NCBI RefSeq assembly: GCF_000826205.1
Contig: NZ_CDHL01000025.1
Direction: 5' to 3' (one strand)
DNA length: 24,000 nt
From: Citrobacter pasteurii
GTDB lineage: Bacteria > Pseudomonadota > Gammaproteobacteria > Enterobacterales > Enterobacteriaceae
Part shown: piece by piece, positions 1-6,575 of the stretch
How the letters are laid out: the number at the start of each line of letters is the position of its first letter
How positions within the stretch are numbered: position 1 is the first letter of the stretch
Notes under the pieces: model-generated
Seen by the model: only the letters and a program-made list of their open reading frames with translations
Databases searched by the model: none
What the model was told of the DNA's origin: nothing
Position numbers and translations under genes: made by a program

Positions 1-52
1 TATGAAGTATGAAGTATGAAATAATAAAATCTATTTTACATTATAGTCTCAG

Positions 53-73
53 AAGGCCGCTAAAACGGCCTTT
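53..73 (+). terminator. Rho-independent-like terminator
   Basis: AAGGCCG-CTAAAA-CGGCCTT, 7-bp perfect stem followed by TTTCTTCT. Confidence 0.5.
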
Positions 74-291
74 CTTCTGTCCGTTCTCTCGCAAATTCTT
101 TCACCCGTTTCCCCTGCCTGAATCGCAAAATTCACATAGCACACTGCATTCTCATCATCCATCAAGTATCAGGAAGTCGGAGAACAGTTGGCTGATGACC
201 ACCCGTTACGAAACTCACCGGCACCTCTACAAATTACCACTGGAAGTGGTAGAGTTTGCTGAAAAGTAACTATAGAACTAAGGATTATTAT

Positions 292-615
292 ATGTATCAG
301 GAAGTACTTGATGCGCTGAATGAAGAGAAAACAACTCGTCAGCATATGAATAAAATGAAAAAACTTTTTGATAAGGCAACAGAACCCAAGCTAAAAAAAA
401 TGATTGGTGCCGTTGGTTCTGAGTATGAAAAATGGCTTAAGAGTTTCACAAAATTAGCCAACCAAAAAACATATAGCCCGATCAGCAAGCAACAAAATGT
501 AGCTAAAGCAGAAGCTGCTAGAAAGCAAAAATTCATTCCTTCCATACCAATGAAAGACGGAACTGTACCCTTATCTGTCTCGGCACTTATAACTTACTGT
601 AATAGCATGATCTAA
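292..615 (+). CDS. Hypothetical small protein (about 107 aa from the internal ATG)
   Basis: ORF 256..615; the ATG at 292 (MYQEVLDALNEEK...) follows an AAGGA-type ribosome binding site (ctaaggattattatatg). Lysine/alanine-rich soluble protein of no recognised family. Confidence 0.5.
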   Translation: MYQEVLDALNEEKTTRQHMNKMKKLFDKATEPKLKKMIGAVGSEYEKWLKSFTKLANQKTYSPISKQQNVAKAEAARKQKFIPSIPMKDGTVPLSVSALITYCNSMI

Positions 616-670
616 AACTTCCGTTCCGACCGGAGCGTAGCCCGGTCAGTTCTGCATTCCCCTCGAACCT

Positions 671-696
671 GGACACTCAGGTTATTCCGTCCAGTT
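671..696 (+). repeat. 26-bp dyad element, copy 1
   Basis: CTGGACACTCAGGTTATTCCGTCCAG: CTGGAC...GTCCAG arms, 14-nt centre containing GGTNATTC. Confidence 0.65.
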
Positions 697-788
697 CTTT
701 TTGTTATTATTAACTATATGTGGCCTAGAGCAGAATTTGATCGATAAACGGTTAGGCCATTTGAGAGGCCTTTTTAGGAGTTATTCGT

Positions 789-1670
789 ATGAAAGATGAA
801 GTAAAAAGATTAAAACCACTTCCGGAAGTTCTAAGGAGATTGTTTTCTCTATCTGGTAATTTATGTTGCTTCCCTGGATGCGGTCAGTCAATGATAGATC
901 CCTCCGGCAATTTTGTGGGCCAGGTTTGTCATATTGAAGCAGCCAATACGGGTGGGGAGCGATTTAATGACAAGATGTCGAACGAGGATAGGCGCAGCTT
1001 TGATAACTTAATGTTACTATGTTACCCGCATCATATTGAAACAAATGATACAGTAAAATATGATGTTCTATCCTTAAAAAAGATGAAAGAAGAACATGAA
1101 AAAATCTTCTCCGATGATTTAATTGCCAACAAAATATTATTAAGCTTGAAGGATTACACCATAGATAGCTCGTTCAAAAAAGTATCAAATCTAAAAAATC
1201 TGTACAAAACTGTTTTTCCAGAGAATTATAAAATGGCTGAAGATGAAATGAATGATGCCGTAAATGCTTTTAATTCATCTATTGCCAAGTATTTATCATT
1301 AACTCCGTACTCAAGGAAAGTATTTGCTTGTGGAATAGCAAGATCAAATCACCCGTACAGTCTTTACCGTATAGATAATGATTCATTATATGTTGATGTA
1401 ACTGAGGTATGTAGAGCATTTGGTCGTGAAACAGATGATAGCGATATTCACAACTCTTTTAATGAAATTATAGCTAAGAATCTCATGCTCATCTCTGAGG
1501 TTAACATACACGTAGATTATGAAGTGGATAGGCTTGTATATACAAACTGCCTTGATCATAACGATTACGATCTAAATATATGGTTATTGCTAAAAAACTA
1601 CTGTAAAGAATCACAGATTGATATACGAAACTATCTTAGTGACTTAAACTTTAGTGGCTTAGATGATTGA
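789..1670 (+). CDS. HNH-type nuclease domain protein, 293 aa
   Basis: N-terminal CCFPGCG...GQVCHIEAANTGGERFN...NLMLLCYPHHIETND matches the Cys/His layout of HNH endonucleases. AGGAG lies 5-10 nt upstream of the ATG. Confidence 0.75.
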   Translation: MKDEVKRLKPLPEVLRRLFSLSGNLCCFPGCGQSMIDPSGNFVGQVCHIEAANTGGERFNDKMSNEDRRSFDNLMLLCYPHHIETNDTVKYDVLSLKKMKEEHEKIFSDDLIANKILLSLKDYTIDSSFKKVSNLKNLYKTVFPENYKMAEDEMNDAVNAFNSSIAKYLSLTPYSRKVFACGIARSNHPYSLYRIDNDSLYVDVTEVCRAFGRETDDSDIHNSFNEIIAKNLMLISEVNIHVDYEVDRLVYTNCLDHNDYDLNIWLLLKNYCKESQIDIRNYLSDLNFSGLDD

Positions 1671-1702
1671 ATGGAAGTCTTTTTTTCAATCCAAAACCGA
1701 CT

Positions 1703-1721
1703 GGCCGCAGCAGCGGCCTTT
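1703..1721 (+). terminator. Probable terminator of the HNH gene
   Basis: GGCCGC-AGCA-GCGGCC followed by TTTC. Confidence 0.45.
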
Positions 1722-1737
1722 CTACTGTTATGACACC

Positions 1738-1780
1738 TTTAATTCCACACGCAGTTAGACATAAAGGTAATTCCGTCCAG
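1738..1780 (+). repeat. Copy 2 of the element (core 1755-1780) in a 43-bp longer repeat
   Basis: TTTAATTCCACACGCAGTTAGACATAAAGGTAATTCCGTCCAG; differs from copy 3 at 4 of 43 positions. Confidence 0.8.
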
Positions 1781-1821
1781 TTCTGCTGGCTGTGCAAGAT
1801 CTGGCCTGGTATATTTACTGT

Positions 1822-2070
1822 ATGGAAATCCTAATCGCTCTGACCATTGCCGCCGTTCCTGCTGCTTATGTGGTATGGACTCGCTATTTCCGCATTTTCC
1901 CGCTGTCCTATTTCGGCATAGAGAATGTACAAAGGGTTGCCAAATGGGAAAGCCCCGAATGGCGCGAACGTGTGTTTGCACGCGGGGGGATGACCAGTAA
2001 CGAGTGGATCAGGATTAATACCCGCCAACTTGAAGCTATCAACGCAGAGCTACGCCGCCGGAATCTTTAA
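1822..2070 (+). CDS. Small membrane-anchored hypothetical protein
   Basis: ORF 1792..2070; internal ATG at 1822 gives MEILIALTIAAVPAAYVVWTRYF..., an N-terminal hydrophobic helix then a charged tail. Confidence 0.45.
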   Translation: MEILIALTIAAVPAAYVVWTRYFRIFPLSYFGIENVQRVAKWESPEWRERVFARGGMTSNEWIRINTRQLEAINAELRRRNL

Positions 2071-2121
2071 CTTTCTTGATAGCTTCATCAGGCTGCGCCA
2101 GCGGCTTTTTTGCGCCCCCCG

Positions 2122-2164
2122 TTTAATTCCCCGCGCAGTTAGACATAAAGGTAATTCTGTCTAG
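2122..2164 (+). repeat. Copy 3 of the element (core 2139-2164) in a 43-bp longer repeat
   Basis: TTTAATTCCCCGCGCAGTTAGACATAAAGGTAATTCTGTCTAG; 39 of 43 identical to 1738-1780. Confidence 0.8.
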
Positions 2165-2169
2165 CTCAC

Positions 2170-2191
2170 AAAAAAAGCCGCTTTCGCGGCT
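2170..2191 (-). terminator. Terminator for the DinJ-like gene
   Basis: On the minus strand AGCCGC-GAAA-GCGGCT followed by a T-run. Confidence 0.6.
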
Positions 2192-2224
2192 GTTTGAGCA
2201 GTATTTGTATTTATTCAACCACTT

Positions 2225-2752
2225 TCATTTCTTGGTTGAGTGAACTACATGAGCCACTTTATCCCCAAATTCCTGGACAGCAAATACAAAACTCGTTTGT
2301 TCTAGCGTAGAAAACGTTACTTTCTCATAGCCATACCCGAAATTTTGAGAATCAACAAGAATACTCATAGCTTTATTAAAGGCATTCAGCGCCAGTTCAG
2401 CATCCCGATTATTAGAAAGAAGGCTGATTTTCTCTTTGGCACAACGGTACAGTGCATCGAGGCGGCGGTAATATTCCTTCAGTTTGACCTTTTCAATCCC
2501 GTCCGGCTGTTCAGTCCATACCTGTAAATTAGAGATCACTGCGAGAGCTTCAGCTAACATATCTGAACTTTCACGTAACAAATCATGCGGCGTTTTTACA
2601 ATGGAGGTGATCACAAACGGCAGTTTCTTCTGCTCAGCAAGATACTGATAAAAAGCCGCAATAGCCTGAGTTTGGCTGATATTCAGCAGCTTCAGTACTT
2701 CATCAGCCTGGTTCTTTATATCATCGTCAATACGTGCATTAATGGTCGCCAT
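2225..2752 (-). CDS. DinJ/RelB-like ribbon-helix-helix antitoxin-type protein with a long C-terminal extension, 175 aa
   Basis: N-terminus MATINARIDDDIKNQADEVLKLLNISQTQAIAAFYQYLAEQKKLPF resembles RelB/DinJ family N-termini; the remaining roughly 125 aa match no family I recognise. Confidence 0.65.
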   Translation of the reverse strand: MATINARIDDDIKNQADEVLKLLNISQTQAIAAFYQYLAEQKKLPFVITSIVKTPHDLLRESSDMLAEALAVISNLQVWTEQPDGIEKVKLKEYYRRLDALYRCAKEKISLLSNNRDAELALNAFNKAMSILVDSQNFGYGYEKVTFSTLEQTSFVFAVQEFGDKVAHVVHSTKK

Positions 2753-2787
2753 CGTTCCGCTCCTTGAGGTGATTACATATCAACCAT

Positions 2788-2834
2788 AATGCATATTTGC
2801 ATTACACGCAACAAAAATAATGCAAATATGCATT
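2788..2834. promoter_or_regulatory. Probable operator of the DinJ/RelB-like gene
   Basis: Perfect 16-bp inverted repeat AATGCATATTTGCATT (2788-2803) / AATGCAAATATGCATT (2819-2834), 31 bp start to start, 36 bp upstream of the minus-strand start codon. Confidence 0.7.
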
Positions 2835-2865
2835 ACACTGCTTTTTTACCTTCCTTTTTGCCACA

Positions 2866-2891
2866 TTGGACGTTCCGGTGATTCCGTCCAT
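2866..2891 (+). repeat. Copy 4 of the 26-bp dyad element
   Basis: TTGGACGTTCCGGTGATTCCGTCCAT; same GAC-N14-GTC spacing and GGTGATTCC core. Confidence 0.6.
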
Positions 2892-3060
2892 TAAAACAGA
2901 ACATAATCGGATTGCCGTCTACGCTAAACAACAGACATACGAAGAAATGCTATTTACCCTGGACATTCCGGCACTATCGGAAAAAATGTCCAGAGAAGCA
3001 TTTATGCAGATCGTATTTATTCGGGTTGACAGAAAGCTAAAATTATAGGCTGATTTAATC

Positions 3061-3840
3061 TCAACCCCGTCCTTTCAGCATGGCCACCGCATCCGCTTCG
3101 GGCATCTGAAACTGCACCCGGTGACGCGCCGCGACATCGAGCGCAAACACCTTCGTATAGACCTCCGTCGAGCTGATCGACTTGTGGCCCATCAGCGCCT
3201 GCAGCACCTTCAGTGGAATGCCGGCATACAGCATATGCATGGCGTAAGAGTGGCGGAACGTGTGCGGCGTCACCGGTACCGAGAACGTCACGCCGTCGGC
3301 CGCCGCGGTATCTACCGCTTCATTCAGCCAGGTGCGAACCGTGCGGTCGGTGATCTCCCAGATACGCGCCTTCTCCGTTCGCCCGGTGCGTTTGTTGCGC
3401 CGCTCCAGTGGAATTTTCAGCGTGGCCACCATCATCTGCAGCTGGCTGACGTACTGGTGATCGGATAGCGGAACCAGACGATGTGCCTGGATACCGGCGG
3501 GCGCGCGTCCGGCGGTCCGGGCTGCTTTTTCCGCGCGCTGTTTCAGCGTGGCCAGCTGCACAAACGGATACGGCGGCGCCAGCGAAAAATCCCCTCGAGT
3601 AAGCGCCAGTGCCTCGTTAACGCGGGCGCCCGTATTCCAGAGGGTGGCCAGCAGCATCTTACGGTGCAGATCGGGCACATAGTGGAGCAGGGCGCTCACT
3701 TCCGGCGCCAGCAGGTATTTCGGCAGTTCGTCCTGAACGAGCGCCATCTGCCGTAAGGCCAGTGCTGCGGGATAGTCGATGGTCACAGGCAGGGCGGCCA
3801 TTGAGCCCTGAGAAGTAACTGAAGGTATGAGGCCAGTCAT
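3061..3840 (-). CDS. resD: Tyrosine recombinase, ResD/Int-like, F-plasmid type
   Basis: Contains LWNTGARVNEALALTRGD and TPHTFRHSYAMHMLYAGIPLKVLQALMGHKSISSTEVYTKVF, the conserved Arg...His-x-x-Arg...His...Tyr signature. Confidence 0.85.
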   Translation of the reverse strand: MTGLIPSVTSQGSMAALPVTIDYPAALALRQMALVQDELPKYLLAPEVSALLHYVPDLHRKMLLATLWNTGARVNEALALTRGDFSLAPPYPFVQLATLKQRAEKAARTAGRAPAGIQAHRLVPLSDHQYVSQLQMMVATLKIPLERRNKRTGRTEKARIWEITDRTVRTWLNEAVDTAAADGVTFSVPVTPHTFRHSYAMHMLYAGIPLKVLQALMGHKSISSTEVYTKVFALDVAARHRVQFQMPEADAVAMLKGRG

Positions 3841-3907
3841 GATCGGTATCTCAGTATCATTAGTTGTTCAGGTAAGTCTGATGGATTTTTCGCGCCGTTT
3901 CTGGCTG

Positions 3908-4516
3908 TCAGAAGCTGTCCAGAATTTGATTCCATTCGGCCTTACAGTCCAGCAGGTACCGGAGGCCGTTGTCGACCCCGTCAAGTAAATCGGAAGCCTC
4001 TCCCATTTTTTCCCCAAAGCGGCGGGTGTTGACGTAATGAATTCCTTCAAGGCTCCGGGTGCCGTCATTTCTCCTGGCATATCGGAAATCTGTCGCCCGT
4101 TCATCCGCTTGGTGAAGAGCTTTAACCACCTCTTTGACGATTTTAAAATCGGAAGGCCGGTAGCTGTCATCAACTTCTAGGATCAGTTTTTGTGCCAGCG
4201 GCCATAGATTATTCAGGTTATGGTCATCTTTTTTGTACTGGTGTTTATCCGGGTCTTCTGCCAGTGCAAGGGCCAGTCCGATAATTTGTTTGATAAGGAG
4301 CTCCAAGTGATGTCGGTAGAGAAACAACACCGGATAAACCAGAAAATCCTGGTCCCGCCCGGATTCATCAATGTGGTTAATCAGAATATCAGCAGCTCGC
4401 CTGTAACCTTCGGTATAAGCTGTACCATGATCCGACATGTAATTCAGGCAGGCATTATTGTGCCAGTCGCTGTCGCTGGCCAGCAGCCCCGGTTCTAACG
4501 TTTTTCCCTTTTTCAT
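3908..4516 (-). CDS. Hypothetical protein, HEPN-like character uncertain, 202 aa
   Basis: Single long ORF; helical, with FLYRHHLELLIKQIIGLALALAED and a later HNLNNLWPL segment. Confidence 0.6.
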   Translation of the reverse strand: MKKGKTLEPGLLASDSDWHNNACLNYMSDHGTAYTEGYRRAADILINHIDESGRDQDFLVYPVLFLYRHHLELLIKQIIGLALALAEDPDKHQYKKDDHNLNNLWPLAQKLILEVDDSYRPSDFKIVKEVVKALHQADERATDFRYARRNDGTRSLEGIHYVNTRRFGEKMGEASDLLDGVDNGLRYLLDCKAEWNQILDSF

Positions 4517-4585
4517 TTCAGCTCCAGAATCTTTTAACAGCCCCGGTTCGGTACCTTATCCGGAAATCCCGCCTACTGTATGTAT

Positions 4586-4936
4586 TCAGCGGTCAGCAGC
4601 CAGTTCTTCAGCCAGCTTCACAAACCCTTTGTGCTCAGTCTGCAGGTAATGACTGTAAATCCGGGCATCACGTTCTGTCAGTCCGGATGGATTACCGGTG
4701 AAGTAACGTTGTAGCACCGCAATACAGTGATTGTAGGTATCGAGATCATATTCCCAGTTTCCCAGCTCACCGGCCGCATCCAGCTCCCGGCGAAACTGCT
4801 CGTATTTACGGAGCAGAATGCCAAGACCTAATTCTGTTGCAGCATAAACATTATTTTCTCCTGGCGCGGAAATCGCATTACGGATTTTTTCAAAAGCATA
4901 ACTGAAATCATTTCTCTCATTGAATGCAGTAAACAT
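4586..4936 (-). CDS. Hypothetical protein, 116 aa, upstream in the same likely operon
   Basis: ORF with ATG preceded by GAGGAAAGG (minus strand of cctttcctc); about 70 bp upstream of the 3908..4516 gene. Confidence 0.6.
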   Translation of the reverse strand: MFTAFNERNDFSYAFEKIRNAISAPGENNVYAATELGLGILLRKYEQFRRELDAAGELGNWEYDLDTYNHCIAVLQRYFTGNPSGLTERDARIYSHYLQTEHKGFVKLAEELAADR

Positions 4937-5354
4937 GTCCTTTCCTCAGTTGAATAGTTAGCCGTGCAATTTTACCACACCTCAATCATCGCCAGATGAG
5001 TGCCACTCTGTTGAGAAAGTGACTTTCACAAAAATGAATTTCACATACTGAAATAATAAGCAGACATATAAACACTCTATTAAATTACCGGGCGGCGGTT
5101 TTCAGATGATCCGATTTTCTGGCGTATAACAACTTTCCGGAAGTGTACCACGGTGAGGGAATAAGCAAAGTGTCCTTCCCGGTGGTGTTCGTGCGGTCAC
5201 GGGGAAGCGGATAAGCACAACATATAGATGAGAACCCAGCTGATAGAGTGGCATATCTTGTGTTTTCAGGCCGCAGCGCGTCGGAGGTGGCGTGAAGATC
5301 CTTTTCTGGTATTTTTCGGATCTCAGCAGAAAAAAGAAGCGTCGTGCGGAATCA

Positions 5355-5413
5355 CATGATGATAAATGACATCATGTCATTAAATTGACTGAATGAAATA
5401 ATGGTGATTAACT
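5355..5413 (+). promoter_or_regulatory. Candidate promoter and operator of the pifC-like operon
   Basis: 17-bp palindrome AATGACATCATGTCATT (5365-5381), overlapping inverted repeat CATGATG/CATCATG (5355-5361/5370-5376), then TTGACT (5385-5390), 17 nt, TTAACT (5408-5413). Confidence 0.55.
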
Positions 5414-5478
5414 CAGATAGAGCTAATTCATTCATGCCACTTACCTCACCTCAAACACCACCGATGACAGGAGCGACC

Positions 5479-6573
5479 ATGCTGAGCCAGCTGACCCTGC
5501 GCTTTCACAAAAAACTCATCGAGGCACTGAAAATGCGTGCCGGCCACGAAAACACCTCGGTGAACGCCCTCGCAGAACGTTTTCTCGACAGCGCGCTGAA
5601 AACCGCCGCCCCGGAGGACAGCTATCTGGCGCTGCTCGCCGATCGCGATGAAGCCATCCGCGGGATGTACCGCAAAATTATGCTCGGCCAGACCTTCGGC
5701 CTGGCGCCGGTCACCCGTGACGAACTGCGGCTGCTGCTCGGACTGGCCCAGGAAGGCTGTGTCCACGGCCGCAACCGGCTGGTCACCCGCCCGGCCCTGC
5801 AGATGCTGCTCGACATCACCGGGGAACTGCTGGCCTGGCAGGCGGAGCAGGGGATACCTATCGATCTGCCGTACCTGCAGGGCATTTTTCACCTGCAGGG
5901 AACGGCGCCAGCCACCGAATACGCGGACTTTCTCGCGACGCTGCGCCAGCGCCCGATCATCGACCAGGGCTATGCCGAACGGCTGCTGCGCCCGCTGGCG
6001 TCACAGTGCTTCGATCTGCGCACCTTCCCGGATGAGGCCCTGGCGCAGATCTTCACCCTGCCACGCCTGCAGGCGCTGTTCCCGCTGGCGCTGCGGGGTG
6101 AACCCTGGAGTGAGGCGGATGCACGCCAGCTGGCGGAGGCCACCCGCCCCGTGATCCCGGCAGTCCGGGAGACAATAGAGGCAGGCACGCTGCGGTTCGA
6201 TATTCAGGTGGACGGACAGGCGATAGCGTCACGGCCCGGCGGCTGGTATGAGGTTCCGCGCCTGCACCTGCTGATCACCGGTCAGGATTTTGTCGTGCCG
6301 TTCGGCTGGACTCATTTCTCGGAGCTGCTGGGCCTGTTCACCCTGTATGCCCGCCATCCGGACGCACTCGCGCATGGCCATCACGGCGAGCACGTGATGT
6401 TCTCACCGCCGGGCAATGCCTCAAAGGACGGCTTTTTTGGCCTCGATGGGCTGCGGATCTTCCTGCCACCGGAGGACTTCGACACGCTGGTCCGTGAGCT
6501 GGTTACCCGCTGCAGTGAAGGGATGCTGGCTGATGCGCTGAATGGCCTGCGCGGCCTGTACGGAGATTTGTAA
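5479..6573 (+). CDS. pifC: PifC-like transcriptional repressor / DNA-binding protein
   Basis: N-terminus MLSQLTLRFHKKLIEALKMRAGHENTSVNALAERFLDSAL is an Arc/HicB-type RHH segment; followed after 2 nt by a KAP NTPase gene, like pifC-pifA of F. ATG at 5479 has AGGAG upstream; the ORF track start at 5401 would lie inside the candidate promoter. Confidence 0.65.
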   Translation: MLSQLTLRFHKKLIEALKMRAGHENTSVNALAERFLDSALKTAAPEDSYLALLADRDEAIRGMYRKIMLGQTFGLAPVTRDELRLLLGLAQEGCVHGRNRLVTRPALQMLLDITGELLAWQAEQGIPIDLPYLQGIFHLQGTAPATEYADFLATLRQRPIIDQGYAERLLRPLASQCFDLRTFPDEALAQIFTLPRLQALFPLALRGEPWSEADARQLAEATRPVIPAVRETIEAGTLRFDIQVDGQAIASRPGGWYEVPRLHLLITGQDFVVPFGWTHFSELLGLFTLYARHPDALAHGHHGEHVMFSPPGNASKDGFFGLDGLRIFLPPEDFDTLVRELVTRCSEGMLADALNGLRGLYGDL

Positions 6574-6575
6574 CC

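Noticed and set aside
1-26. TATGAAG tandem repeat at the window edge
   Set aside because: Only about three units visible and truncated by the window boundary; too little to interpret.
733-775. GTTAGGC near 765 and GTTAGAC at 1754 and 2138 look like attC R' core sites
   Set aside because: No matching RYYYAAC partner with correct L-box spacing was found upstream, and no integrase of the IntI type is present in the window. The integron reading was not adopted, only a generic cassette-like layout.
2866-3048. 60-aa ORF beginning with a TTG inside element copy 4
   Set aside because: No ribosome binding site seen and the start lies in the repeat. Possibly a remnant of a larger gene, but not supportable as a CDS.
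3868-4173. 101-aa minus-strand ORF
   Set aside because: Overlaps almost entirely the longer, more protein-like 3908..4516 frame on the same strand.
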